Positions 40,262 to 54,556 of a stretch of 64,000 nucleotides of DNA are shown in pieces. Source of the DNA: Paramecium tetraurelia (taxonomy: Eukaryota); the NCBI GenBank assembly GCA_000165425.1, contig CT868067.1, positions 1 through 64,000 of the forward strand. Reading direction: 5' to 3'. The notes below the pieces were generated by a model. It was not told where the DNA came from. It ran no database searches and worked only from the letters and a program-made list of their open reading frames with translations. Each line of letters starts with the position of its first letter. Within the stretch, counting starts at the first letter, position 1. The position numbers were made by a program, and so were the translations under genes.

Positions 40262-42003
40262 TCAATTTTATTATTATTTTTTCTTGGACAATTGTTCCTC
40301 CTTCTCAATCAAAATTATTGTCTTATAATAATTCATCAATTTGTCATCATCCTTATCCCCATCAATCAATCCGAATGTCAAGAATCCCTTAATCAATTGT
40401 GCACTGATCACGTAATTCAGATCACAACCCAATGGAATCATCAGTAAAATAGTGGAAAACCCACAGCCAAAGAGTGAATTAATAAGTCCAACAAGACATC
40501 CAAGGGACCATCCAGAATACCTAAGAATAGCCTCAGCCTATTAATCTATAATAATAAATCATAGCATTCATACATAATGAATAAACGATTTCTAAATTTT
40601 ATATATTTAAGTTGTCTATGCTCTCTTGTAATTGATATGAGGCAATTGGCTGGTTATTGACTTGATTTTGAGTCAAGTAAAACACTTAACGACCTAATGT
40701 CAATGAGGTTAGCAATGATAGATCGTTCTCCCATTTTTGAGCAATTTGAGGCTTCTTGATCAAATACATTAATTTAATGCCCAAACTTTTAGGTGAATTG
40801 ATGATTTGTTTCAAGGCCAGGAGAGATAAGGTTCCAAAAACCTCAAATGAATTCCTAGATTAATATCAAATTGCTAATTACTTTAATATTTATAAGCTTT
40901 GTTCCTCTTCCCATAACAATTGTTTTAATGTAAATATGTATATGAAATAATCAGTATACAATCTTAATATTCTAGATGCATAAACAAAAAGGATAAATGC
41001 CAAAAAAGCAAAGATGATTCCCACAATGGATGTTGAGTATTGACTGTATACAGGTTTTGATGTGTCAATTGAACCTATGCTTAATGCTGCACTATATAAT
41101 TGTTTAATTAATTAATACGTGATGGAATAGTACATTACTAAAAAGTTGATGACCACCAACAATTAAATGACAGAGTTGTATCTAACTGTATATTATCCTA
41201 GATTCTTTCTTATCGTCAAAGTGATATAACTCTTCAATCTGTATCCCTCCTTATCATTTTAAGTGAAGAATTGAGATATAAGAGACCCTATAAATAACTT
41301 GATCAAGAGCAATAGAATTATTGTATACGTTGTTTTGTTATTGAATGCTTCAACTAAGATTTCAATTGATTATTAGTTTAATTATCTTGATTCCCCTGCT
41401 CTTTACAGTTTTTCCATATCATGAAAGTTCGACAAGCGATTCGCCATTATGATAGCCAACCATAGTATGCAATACGGGTAAAACTTAGTTAGGAATTAAA
41501 TTATAAGCGAAAAGTATTATCTGAACACTCTCTAATTTAAATAAAGCACGGAGAGTAGTAATAGAAGTCCTGTAAAAACAAATTCACTATTTGAAATCAA
41601 GGATACGGTAAAGGTGTTGAGCTTAGATGTTTCCAAAGCAGGCAAAACCAATTATAGTTATGAATATAAGGTAGGCAAACAACCGTGATTGTCTAATTTA
41701 ATACTAACTTATTATTACATTCATCAGTATTTGCAATGTTCCCAGAACAATTATCACATTACAATTTTGTATCTCCCTTTTTTGGACATTCATCTAAACA
41801 GAGAGTCGTCTAAGTATCTTTTGGATCCGGAAAGTAAATCAAATTGCATTACTCTAACATCATCTGCCTATAAATATACTTCCATTGCTGATAGGTTAGT
41901 TAACGGGTCCATAACCAAGGATACTAGAGATTCCAAATAAGCCTATATATATGACCAATGCTGCAGTTGAGAATCCAAAGCAAAGTTTATCAGTTATTGC
42001 CAT
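40262..42003 (-). CDS. Second, divergent choline transporter-like (CTL) membrane protein
   Basis: MAITDKLC...; YFPDP...TLCLDECP; many TM segments; many tiny introns. Confidence 0.6.
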
Positions 42004-42257
42004 TTAATATTTATATATATTATATTTGTATAAGTTTATTTTATACTAGTTATTAGAATCCAAAGGTTTCCATTGATTAGTTCTTTGAATTGTTATATTG
42101 TTCATATCTAAATTATACATGCTTATTACAATTTATCATACTTTAGTTTGAATATAAATGTTGTATTCATTTTCTTCGAAATAGTTCCACTATTCCTGAC
42201 TCCCATTAGTTGACTTGAAACCTTTAGGATATTATATAAATTTAATTAATAAGATTT

Positions 42258-45200
42258 TCACATATATAGTATTTAATTTTCAATTTTCAGTAAATAGGTG
42301 AGAGTTTTATAAAAACTGTCTTCGTTGTACAACGCTTTAGGTGGTAACAAATAAACAAATTGTCTTATGCCCCACAATTTGTTCTTGATAGATTAATGAA
42401 TAATCCAAATCTAAGCCATATTTATCATAATAATGAAAAGGTAAAATATTATAGAAATCGTTAATTTGACTCTGTTGCTATCCAAGATTCCTTCCTCGAT
42501 AGTCTATCGAACTGTATCTACAAAATTACTAACCGCATCTATTATAAAACTTTCTGATAACATATGTCTCAATTAAAGCATTTGTGTTGCCGAACCTGAG
42601 ATTTAGTATAAATCTATGTTTTCTCTCAAGATTTAAAATATATCTTAAGAGGGCAATAATAATCCTTATTACAACTCTCCATTATTTACAGTCACACAGA
42701 TTTCAGGCTCATTGACAACTGGACACACATTACTTGAAAATAGAACCTTTAATTCTTCGGAAACTGTTCCCTCAGAGTAAAGTATATCTCCTAATATAGT
42801 ATTTGCCGTTGTGTAACTTTCACTGGTATAAATAAAAAATTATGCTGGATCTTCTGGATTTATAAGTTCATTTTGCACCAAATATTTATTACTTTGCAAT
42901 ATGAAATTAGTTAAACATGCTTCTGATAAGCTTTCTGTAAAAGTAATACATTTTTAATAGATTGCTAATTTTGACTCTAAATCACTTATTTATTGTTTGT
43001 CACTCATCCTTACTAATAAAAAAGTCACCAATGAAATAGTGATGGAAATTAAATGAAAACTAAATGTAAGTTGCCGTCTTACATTGAATTGCTCTTAAAC
43101 CTTTATAAATTTCTTGTTGTTATTGTTATTATTATTGTTGTTGTGATGAGCAGTAGAACTTCCACCCTAATAGTTATTATTCTATTTTTCTTCTTCTTCC
43201 GGATGGAACTTATCTTTTAATGAGAAATGGTACTCATAGAGATCAAAATGCTAATCAATCTATAAAATATAAATACATCTTGGTTGATTAATAACAATTA
43301 GTTCACGTGATTTAATTCGCTAGCAATTGCAGAATGTGAGATTTGCTCTGAACATCGTATGTATTTTTTACATAATTAAATGTATGAATATTACAAGAGA
43401 AATGCTATACAGAAATATACTACGTACACTGCAATAAAAGTAAAAGAAACATAGTCAATGATGTTATCCTGAGACCCCAAAATTGAATTGATTTCATCCG
43501 TGAATCTAGTATTCAAGAGGGAATACGCATTCTTGTACTTACTATAAGATCTCAATAAGTATAAAATAGACTTAACAAATTAAAAGTTATCTGTAAAATC
43601 AGTGATATGTAATGATCTTATCATATACATCAACTAAAACAGAGCAGTCCAACCCTTAACTGTTTTGTCTACATTCTCAAAAATATCCAATTATTCTAAT
43701 TCTATTGATGAAAACACTGCTCTGATAATAGAATTTTCTGAATATTCATCCATTTTTGTTGAAAATATTTCTATATTTCTATCCAAGACTGTCTGCAACT
43801 ACCCAAGTAGAGTAGCATTATATTCATAATACATTCCAAATTCTGATAAGTTGGAACCCATTTATATATATTATATCAAAGTCATGGATCCCTACATCGT
43901 GGCTCTACTATAAGCAGTCATTGTAAAAGCTTATAAAATATAAATGTTGCTTCTTATGTTACTTTACCAATTTGCATAGAGTATTGTACTTGCAGTTGTA
44001 AATCCTAAAATGGCAGTCAAAGAAAAGATATTTATGAATAGTAGAGCATAAAGTAATTTAGGTTTAGTATTCATCTCAGAGAACTTACGGTAAAAATGAG
44101 ATTTAACTAAAATCCTTTAGATTTCACTTTGCTTTGATGAATTACTACTGATGCTATTGATGTAGATTTATTTGTGAGGTTATTCTGGTGATTCGTTATC
44201 TTTTTCACTTGAATCCTACTTTGATACTATATCATGATGGTCACTACATAAGAATTCCTGTTGTCTTAAGGGCTAATTCTCCTATTCAGCTGGCACCATT
44301 TAACTTCGCAAGGTTATTGGGTCTGGCTGAGAAGTGAATTGAGGAATCTCGTTATCTCCTGCTCCAGGCATTACGTAATCCTTTAGCTTGATGCCTTCGA
44401 ATTCGGAACTATATTCATCCAAAGACTAAGACAATGGCGATTCATCAGAACAAACTGCTCCCAATTTATATGGCGATCTGATTTTTAAAACATACACTTT
44501 AAATACAATCCTGTTTACAAGAGAGTAAGACATTTGGACTTCTAAATCCAATTAGAATTTAGTATCCTTGTCTAATATCATTTCAATAGAATCTTAGGAA
44601 ACATTGAAATGCTAAACCAATTTATTTGCTGTTGTTAAGGTTTCAGCTACACCATTTTCCTTTTAATATTCCTCCAAATAATTTTGTAATTAAGCGTCCA
44701 AAGAGTTAAAATTTGGTATAAACTAATTTATAGGCTTTCCTAGTAATTTTGAGGGATTAGTCATCTCAAAACAGTCTAAAGCGTTATTAGTAATTCCCTC
44801 TATATTTTATTTGGAATCCAATAGAATGAAACCACTCAATCCATCCTATCTTATTCCTTATTTGATTTCTTTGGTGAAACAAAAGGATGGAAGAACATTT
44901 GATGAAAAATTAAAACTAATATCTATAAAGATTTCCAAATAACTCAAAACTCCTGGAGTTTATTGCTAAGTTAAGAATGGCAATGGCTATCTAAAAACCA
45001 TAGGTCTATTTGTTATTACAAACATCTCCATCATCTCATCATGTGCTTTGATTATACTTGGATAACAAAGTTGATCTAATGATTTTACTTGTTGTCTAAA
45101 TTCTTCAGAGGTATAACCTACAAAAGATGGAAAATTCTTAGAGAAATTGATGATTTCACCTCTCTTCATATGTGATTATGTTAGATTAAGTGACATATAC

Positions 45201-47428
45201 CCAACTTTATATGATTACTCTTCAGTTTTATAATAAAATGATGGGTATTCAAAAAACTTACTTTCCCTTGTATTGATTAGATTACATAGTTTAATAAATT
45301 GATCATAGTTATTTGTCACTTCAAGACAATAAAGCATGTAACAATACAAAGAGGTTCTTCCCGGTGAATATAAATTAAAATATTCTAGCTCTTTTTATAT
45401 CTTACAATTTTGTGTGTTTAATTTCAAATATAATTCTTCAAGTGACTCATAACTATGAGTTTCATCATTTAGTTTTAGTAGAAACTGTTTTTTATGCGAT
45501 AAATTGACAAATACTTATTTCAATAAGCGATCCCTCTCCAATTCTGTGTACCTGTAATCTTCATATTTCAAAGTTAACTCTATTGATTACCTAGTAATAT
45601 CCTCCTTGAATCTATGTAGAATTTGATATTTTGAATAGCTCTTCAGTAGCTCGAAAGCTAATCTCTGCTGCAAAGAACTTCCCTTCTCCAATAAATGTTT
45701 TAAATCCAGTATTTACAATTAAGCCTAGTAACACTCATCAGAATTGCATAAAAACACTAAGATCTATATCAAATATATAATATTCGGATGTGCCTTGCGT
45801 ATTTCAGTTTAGAAGACCAGCTTAGAGTAATCTCTTAAATATCTCATAATCAATTCCACATAAAATTGAATATTGAGTATTTTGAAATCATCATACATTC
45901 TCATTTCTTTAACTATCTCATATTTATCTATTATCTTTCTCTTTTCACCTTTCAGACCCCGACAAAAACAATATTGATTATTACAGTTTTCAGTGTGAGT
46001 CCTCAACAATATGATACACACCATAAGAATCTTTGATCTTTCAATCTTCAACTCCACTCCAGAATTTCTGGTTAATACTCCAATCTCTTACAATCTCATC
46101 AATTAGACTGCTCTTATAAAATGAATGAAGTAGGACATATCATATTACTTGATGATGTTTGATTAGAAATCCTTATACTTGATATTCTCACTTTCAATTC
46201 GTAATCCTTATTCAGACTCATGAGTATGTAAGGTTTATTGGGGTTATTATTATTAGAGATTTGCAAAAGCTTGAATAGACTTTTCTTTCTTTAATGTTGA
46301 CGTAAGCACATTTTCAATTCTGCTGTCTTGAAGAACAATAAATAGCCTACTTAAACAGGGAGCAATGATAAAAGATAAGCATATAATCTATTAGTCGGTT
46401 AGTCTGCAAATGAATAATAAAGTCAAACAAAGTACGATTGCCCTCATAAATACATTTGTGGAATATTTAAATTTCTATACATAGGGTAATGTTAGATAGG
46501 CATCTAAAGCATCAATCAGAAAAGCAATTATTACAAATATCAAATTGACTATGTAGATAAAATCATCTTCCTGTATAATGTTGCCTGCTCTTACATAAGA
46601 GTAACTGATCAATATGGGTACTATACTGAATCCTATATGTAGCCATTGTAAGTATGAAAATCTCAGTCTCATGAAGTTGGATTCATGTAAGGTAAATGAC
46701 ACCTAACACCACACTAATGATAAACTTGAAATTATCAAAGTTTCAATAGCCAATATGACATTCAGGATTTATCCAACAATTTATTGTGTTTCATCTGCCT
46801 TGTCTAAGACTAAGTTGATTTACAATAAGAAATAGAGAATGGGGATTAGGAAAACATGAGGAAAATAATTCAGGAATATTGCTATTTATCTCAGCCTTAT
46901 TATTTAAAGTGATGTATTTGATTAGTCTGACATCAAACGATGTTGAAATCCTTCTATATATGAGTTTTAATTGTAGATCTAATGCATAATCTGAATGCAA
47001 TCACTTAGATTGTCACTCTGACTGATATTTAATTGTCTTTTATTCTTAAACTTTGTTTATTTAAAAAATGTAATCTCATCGGACATACTCACTCCAACTA
47101 AAATGGCCGGAATGGAAAAGAATGCGATGAATACACTCTGACATGCAATCAAATAATCTGGTCCTAAATTTTCAGGCAAATAAATTGTTGGAACACATAT
47201 TCTAAATAGTAATTCCAAGTCTTGAGGTCCAGAAGTTCCATTAAAGTCGTTAAGCAAAGGAGCTAATTTTATTATGGCAACTTTTTAAAGGACACTCACT
47301 ATCATCGCTAATATCCAGAGGAAATAGTTTTCTTTCATTAAACAAAATTGTGTGAAGCCTATAATGAACTATAGTCTGTTCTCCAGTTTCTACTGCAAAC
47401 TCAGTTTAAAGTTCTCCAAATTATTCAT
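42258..47428 (-). CDS. Large multi-TM PAS-domain protein (TmcB/TmcC-like ciliate family)
   Basis: N-terminal TM bundle; HTENCNNQYCFC; GEIINFSKNFPSFVGYTSEE...LCYPSIIKAHDEMM (PAS-like); C-terminal TM segments ending FVYLLPP...ILYM*. Confidence 0.8.
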
Positions 47429-47990
47429 ATATGCAAATAAATTAATATAATTTAATAAATGAATTTGGTGCTATAATTCAGAAAGTAGTCTAATGAGCAA
47501 GTGGATATTCATATTCGTCTGCTCAATTCTAGGTTTTGTTTATGCAGGAATGCAAGATGCTTCCTACCTTAAAGAATTTAGCAAAGATACTAAGTACAAA
47601 AATAATTTGAAAATTTAATAAATATTGAAATTAATTATTATAATATGACAGTATTTAGGACATATTCAATCTTATTTTATATAAACTAATTGAATTGTAC
47701 ATTTTTACTTAAATTCTCATGTTTTAATGTATTTTAATTTTCCTCATAAAACAAGCTATGATACACTATTATGGTCTGGCTTCCTAAAATATTGAGGGAA
47801 TTTGATATCTAACATAGATAGAATATTACACAGTATGGCATTTTATACAAAATCTAGAGTATCATCAAAATCAATTAGTTTAGGGGTATCTCTATTGCAG
47901 GCCAATATGTAAATCAATCGGTATACTTGAATTGATGTGCATAACTAGAAACAGAATTAAGACATTGATTTATAATTATATATAAATTAT

Positions 47991-48941
47991 ATGATTATTT
48001 CTGAATAAATGTAAGCCAACTTGGCTCATTTTTTTTTAGTTCTCAAATCATAAGAGTGCGTCCAATATTAAGATATCAATGGTACTCAATATGAAGGATA
48101 AATAAGACTCATATAGCCAAATGAACAAAAACTGGTATTCAACTATACTCGCAATTTGGCAACTAATGAATCTAATGATAATAAGCTAGTGCAATTCAAG
48201 GATCTAACTTATTTGAAAGTGCAAAATCAAATGTCACAATCTCAGATTGTTGAGAAATCCAAATCTGAGAAAAAAACAAAGACTTTTGTGAGATGGGAAT
48301 AGAATGTGGATGCTTCAAATTTGGAAGATCAAGCAGTGAAAAACTTTGATCAATTTGAAGCTATTAAGAAATTTGGCATTGAACCTACATATGATGAAAA
48401 TAAGTATACAACCAAATTGATAGCACCTGTAACTGAAGATTTGAGACTATATGCTGAAAAATGTGAAAAAGAATTGAAAAATGACACATCAAATAAACAC
48501 GTCCTTGAAGAGCGAAATCTAAAGCAATTAGACGATGAGGAATCAGCTTACTCAGAAGTCATCAGGGAATAACCTCAATAGATGGTCCAAGTTCAATAGA
48601 CAATGCAATCACAAATAGCATCTCCTCCAATTAAATTTTTCAATTCAAATAAGCAAAAAGAAAAAAATAACAAAATTTCATACATCGAGAAACTATTTGA
48701 ACCAACAAATCTAATTTCGGATGAACCTGAACAATAACCTAAGATTAAGCCGCTTAATTAAGAAGCCACAACAAAGTATTTTATTATTTATCAACTCAAT
48801 AGATTCAAACTCTAATAGACTACCACTAATAATATTCCTAAATTAATGCTTTCTAATTTCATTAATGCAGTTGAAGGATATAAATGGTAAAACATGAACC
48901 CAGATCCAACCAAAAACAAAAAAGAGAAACTCAAAAAATGA
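47991..48941 (+). CDS. Ataxin-2/Pbp1-like protein (Lsm + LsmAD)
   Basis: FDQFEAIKKFGIEPTYDENKYTTKL...NKHVLEERN...DEESAYSEVIR is the LsmAD signature; NGTQYEG Lsm-like N-terminus. Confidence 0.85.
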
Positions 48942-49283
48942 ATTATATCAAAGTGTTTATAATATATTAATAAATATTTACATTTCAGTACCTTAGGCTG
49001 AAATCCAAATTTAATATGGCTTCCTCCATCCATTCATAACATCTGCCAAGCATAACTCCTCTAAGAAGAAGAACCAATTTTAGATTAAAAATTAGCTGAT
49101 TAAAGTGGATGATAAAAACCTATTGTGTAACTTATTTATTCAGTCTCTCTTGCCTGTCTATAATAATTCATAAATCAAATTTATAAATGAATGAAAAAAC
49201 CAATTCATTTATTCTCTCTGGATTTAATTGTATGTAGTTGACTTATATTGTTGATATTCAATATTATTTATATATATAAGATA

Positions 49284-49999
49284 TCACTTGCTTTCAACCA
49301 GAGTATATTTACTAAACCTTATTCCATCAAATATTTTTTATTGATATATAGTTGTCTTGCATAATCCTGAATAAGTGCTTGATCTTCCTTTTTCACATGC
49401 TGATCCTATTGTTTTCTGAGTGGCAGAGACATAAGGAACAATTCCCTTGCGAGGAGCCTATGTAATCTATGATATTCAGTACCTCATCAAAGAAACAAAT
49501 AACATATTCTATGAATTTATCAATATTCTTTTTTAAAGCACGTCCACACCCGAAATATTTCATTCTCGCAATGACTAATTACTCACCCTTGTTATCATCC
49601 ATCCACTTTTGATAAACCTCTCTTGGTTCCCATTCTTGGCTTGCTGAATGGACAGTTCTGAATTTATGTAGAGCTCCATAACGAGTTGTTAACTAATTTT
49701 AATACATTTTGTTAATCTACTTGTCTGCAGGTTTCGAGAGAATCTGGACACCTTTCTGAACATGACTATGCAGCATTTGCTATTCCTTATTGCCATTCAA
49801 CAACATTCATATTTGCTGCATAATCCATCTCGCCAACATGATTCTTTCTTCTTCCTTATGCTACTTCATTTCTCAATCTATTGAGTTATTCTTCAAATTC
49901 AGCTTGTCTTTTAGCAAATATTCCTTTTGCTGTGGTCTAACAAGAGTCACCTGGCAATGCATTTGCTACTAATAAGCATCCAATAACTAAAATTATCAT
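49284..49999 (-). CDS. Secreted CAP/SCP (PR-1/antigen 5)-like protein
   Basis: Signal peptide; NRLRNEVAQG...AANMNVVEW...AAQ; QLVIARMKYFGCG; YVIC. Confidence 0.82.
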
Positions 50000-50190
50000 A
50001 ATATAATTATCGTTTTTTATAAACTGATTATGCTAGATCAAACATTGATAAAAATATGTGACTTTTCAAGTTCATAGTAATGAAACTGCCAAAATAATAG
50101 AAATTTGAGGAAAACATTCCTTCAAAACTATCAAATTTCTTAAAGTTCTAAAGTCGAATTTATATTTAAATTTTACAATATAAAAATATA

Positions 50191-50605
50191 ATGGCAGAGA
50201 ACAACAAAGATTTAAAATAACTTAAGATCAAAACAGCAGCCCTCAAAAGAATTCAAAAAGAGTTTTTCGGTTATCAAAAGGAAGAATTGAAATAAAATGA
50301 AAGAATTCAAAAGCTTAAGAACTAAAATGCTGAAGAAGCAGATATCAAAAAACAAGTTCAAATTTTATTTTTTATAATTTAGGAAGAAGTTCTACAAGAA
50401 ACAGTACAGATGTACCCCAATATTATTGGGAGACTTGTTGAATCTGTGAATGAACTCTAAGTTTGGCTAGTAACATACTTACGAATATAATTAGGATGGA
50501 AAACTCAATGACCCATTGATTGATACAAGTGAAGAAAAGACAAAGGCATTGGAGGCGATAACTGAAGCTTAAGATTTCTTGAAAGCCAACAATCCAGCTC
50601 AATGA
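50191..50605 (+). CDS. TBCA: Tubulin-folding cofactor A
   Basis: KQLKIKTAALKRIQKE..YQKE...DIKKQ/EEVLQETVQMYP; two introns. Confidence 0.92.
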
Positions 50606-50757
50606 TTAGTTTGCCTTTTGTTATCAATATATTTATTAGAGATTATACTGTCATTTTTAACATAACAATTGTTGATCTTCTATATTAAATTTGTGTTTCG
50701 AGCATCTTGGAATGCAAGGGAATATAAAATATTGATTAAAATTATTTTTGCTTTAGA

Positions 50758-51827
50758 ATGAATTATTATAAATAACATGCATTACAACATATGGGTCAAA
50801 TAGAGCCAGAGGCAAATTTCTTTATTTTTCATCCTAATACTCCTTTTACTTCAAGTAGAACAAAACAAAATAGAGTTTTAGCATTTTTATTGCAAAAATT
50901 AGCAATGCTTCGCAAGTACAATTGATAATAATAAAAAGGTATGAAAATTTATGTGGAGTCATATTACTACTTTTGAAAGAATTAACAGGGTAATTTTTTT
51001 ATGCAAATTATCAAGGAAATACTGAACTAAGAAATATACTTATTTATTATAATAATATCATTTATTAGAACCCTGGTTTGTATTAGCAATTTTATAATAA
51101 TGAAACACCTCAAAAATACAAGTTTAATTTATGGTTGAGATCATTGGCTCATCTTGATGATGACAAACTTTAGATTGAAATTGAAAAATATTCTTACGAC
51201 CATAATTATATTAATATGTTGGAATATGAGATATTATTATCAATCATTTAAGAGAGTGAAATTGATTTAACCAAAATAAAGAACGGCATTGTGTTACTTA
51301 AACTTATCAATTACAAAGAAGATGAAGAAAAACTATAGATTTTAAAATAGATGAAAGATTGTTATATAAATGAAAGTTATACCCTAAAGAAGGAATGGTT
51401 GACTTTGATGATTAAAATGGATAAAGAATTGGAAGTATAGGATTTGAACAATTTGCAATAAGTTGATCTCTATGATTCCAATTTCTAATATCTATTGGTC
51501 TCGAGCTATTTGAAATTGGATCAAGTCGAGAAGGCAATTCAACAATTAATCAATCATTTACTATTTTCTGATGGCAATGCTGAAATCTGGGCTTTGTTGT
51601 AGTAATCATTGACCCCTGAATCTATTGAGAAGTACAAGGAAGATTGTAAAATTTTGATAAAGTTACATTTTGGTTAAGGATTTCTAAAGTAATTAATAGA
51701 ATTTCCGAAGAATTAGGAATTGTTGAGGTTATTATAAACTAAAATTGGGTTTATCTCGCTTTTCAATGAAAAGCAGTCAGAAAAATATCTCATTTTTCTA
51801 TAAAAGCAGGAATAATATTGTATGTGA
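50758..51827 (+). CDS. Hypothetical helical-repeat (TPR-like) protein
   Basis: Long open frame; YLKLDQVEKAIQQL...NAEIWALL. Confidence 0.6.
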
Positions 51828-51862
51828 TATATAAAATAATAATAAAATCGATATTAATATAC

Positions 51863-53181
51863 ATGCAATCAACTCAAACCTTTGAGGGCCGAAATGTAAC
51901 GCGAACATACACAGGGAATAAAGCTCTTAGAAAACTCAAAGAAAATAGGAATAATACTGCAAAATTCATTTCAAAAGGCTCTCCATCTAAAGATTTACTT
52001 TTTTAGTCCTAAAACAAATTTAGAGTTGGCCCTCCTCCACAACCATTACGTAAGAACTTCTTTATCCTTAGTGAGGGCACAGTAATTTTCTGCGTTTGGA
52101 CCCAGCAGATCGACTAAATCCATTCTAGCAAGAAATAACTTCTTAAATGGATAACCATCACTCACAAATGTCAAACCATTTTTAGACTTCAATTAATTTA
52201 TGAGGGGATTATCCTCCAATAACGTGAAACCCAAATCGCCTGAACCACAATAAGTGAAAACTATTAAATCCAAATTTTGCAGATGTAAGGAAGTGAAAGA
52301 TTTAATCAGAAAGGTATACATTACAAAATATCATAGGATGAAAATGACAATATTAGTATTAATAACGACATGAGTCCCAAACAACAGATGCTTTTTAACA
52401 CCTCTCTTAGCAAGCCATCCTCTCCTACCATGAAAGGGTACCTTAACTCCAAAAAAGACATTTATAAGCAATGTATGATATTTATAGTGATTAAAGTGAA
52501 AAATGATATTGATGTCAAAAAGGAAATTTACTCTTATGCTCTCAAAAAGATGTTAAAAGAGGGCGACGAAGAAGAACTCATGGATTTTGATCATCGATAC
52601 TTAAGAAGTGTGAGATAGAGGAAATTAAGAAACATTGTCCACTTTCTCTTAGGAAGATCGAAAGAACAGTAAGTCTCGCTCCAAGATTTGATAGATAACA
52701 AGATGACCCAATATAAACCATTTCAACAATAGGGATCATATTCGTTTCTATATTATGTGAAGAAAGGATTACTTGAAAAAGTAGAAACACTACTCCAATA
52801 GAATAATCTTTACGCCTTTGACTTTGATGAGAAGCAAATGACCGGTCTTCACATTGCCACCTAAAAGAATAACTTGAACATGATCAAATTACTTATAACA
52901 TACAATTCGAATCCACTCTCCAAAGACCTATCAGGATTAACGCCGTTACATTATGCAATCAAACATCTTAATATAGTAAGTGTATAAGTATTTATTCAAT
53001 CTCTATATATGAGCTTTTCTTATCAATCAAAGTTCCAACAGATTGCCAATACCCAGATTATTGTAAATTAACAGATGATAGATCAATCTTGAAATTAATT
53101 CGAACTGCCAAAATAAACGATCTCATTAGAAGAACGTCAAAACATAAATACTTACAACAATACCTATAATCAATTATGTGA
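51863..53181 (+). CDS. Ankyrin-repeat protein
   Basis: MTGLHIATQKNNLNMIKLLI and GLTPLHYAI; low-complexity N-terminal half. Confidence 0.85.
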
Positions 53182-53393
53182 TATTTTTAGAATTTTTTAT
53201 AATATTTATTAAAATGTATTATTCAAATTCAAGTAAATTTAAGGGAATATATAATATAATTTAAACATATTATTAATCCTAATTTTAAGTTACAAAAGTC
53301 ATTAATTCATTGGAATTCATTTTCATTATTGTCAGGAATTATTGGTAAATTTGAAAATATGTTATTTTGACAAAGGTATCCTTTTTTGAATAA

Positions 53394-54403
53394 ATGAGTC
53401 AGAATAAATATAACTTTTTTCTTCTTCTTAATCATCTCCTTCCTATTCTTATTCAAAATGAACTAATTCATTCAGCTAAGAGTAATAATCTTGATATTTA
53501 TGAATTTGAAAAAATACACCTATATGTGCTTCATACTTAATAAAGTCCTAAAGTAAGACTGAAACCAGAATGGATATTGTCCATAGTTTACAACTTAATT
53601 GACTTCTTAGTTAGTTGACAGTTTTTATAAGTAGTTTTGATAAGCTATTTATAAATACTTCCAAGTAATAAAATTTATTTCTTTATGTTGAATCAGAGAT
53701 ATATTGTGAGAAAAAGAAGTCCACGGCCAGTAATCAGATTTCTAAAATATTGTCCTAAATTGACGGTTGCTTCTATAATGACGATCTAAAATTTTTAAGG
53801 ATATCCTTCCTCTCCAACAGTCACTTTGTCTAATAGTAAGCTATGTTAATCCTTTATTGTTTAATCCAGCCCCTAATCCTAAATGAAAAGATGTAAAATG
53901 AAAGATAATAGTTAGATTTGTCAGTGGATGTGTACAAACCAACCACTCCATAAACAATTTTAAAATCTGCATCTCCGACAGATAGAAAGTTTAGTTATCT
54001 TTCCTTTTAAAGAACAACGATTGGACTAGAAAGTCCTACAAAATAATAAGATAGCATTTATCAAATTGAATATGCTGATGATACAGTTTATTATGGACAA
54101 ATCAATATTACAAAAAGGCAGGGCATGGGAGCTATGTATGATAAAAACAAGAATCTGATATATTTGGGACAATGGAACAATGACAAATATCACGGGCTTG
54201 GAATTTTAGTTAAGGATGACTATACTTACAAGGGTGAATTTGTGAATGGTATTCTAGAAGGCTAAGTAATAGAGGAGGCAAATTAATCAAAATTCTATGG
54301 ATATTACAAAAATGGGTAGAAGAATGGGCCTGGAACCTTATATGAACAATCAAAAACCATAATGGGAATCTGGAAAAATGATGTTTTGGATTAAGAATGT
54401 TGA
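53394..54403 (+). CDS. MORN-repeat protein
   Basis: YYGQINITKRQGMG, YLGQWNNDKYHGLG, YKGEFVNGILEG. Confidence 0.82.
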
Positions 54404-54556
54404 TACTTTGATTTGCACATTTTTCAATCATTCCAACTTATTTTTAGTTTAATAAATTATGTTATTAACAACTATTCCTACATTTTCAAATTTCCAAATT
54501 TTAGAAATGTTGATGTAATTTAAATTTTATTTTTAATTATGTAAAATGTAAAACAA

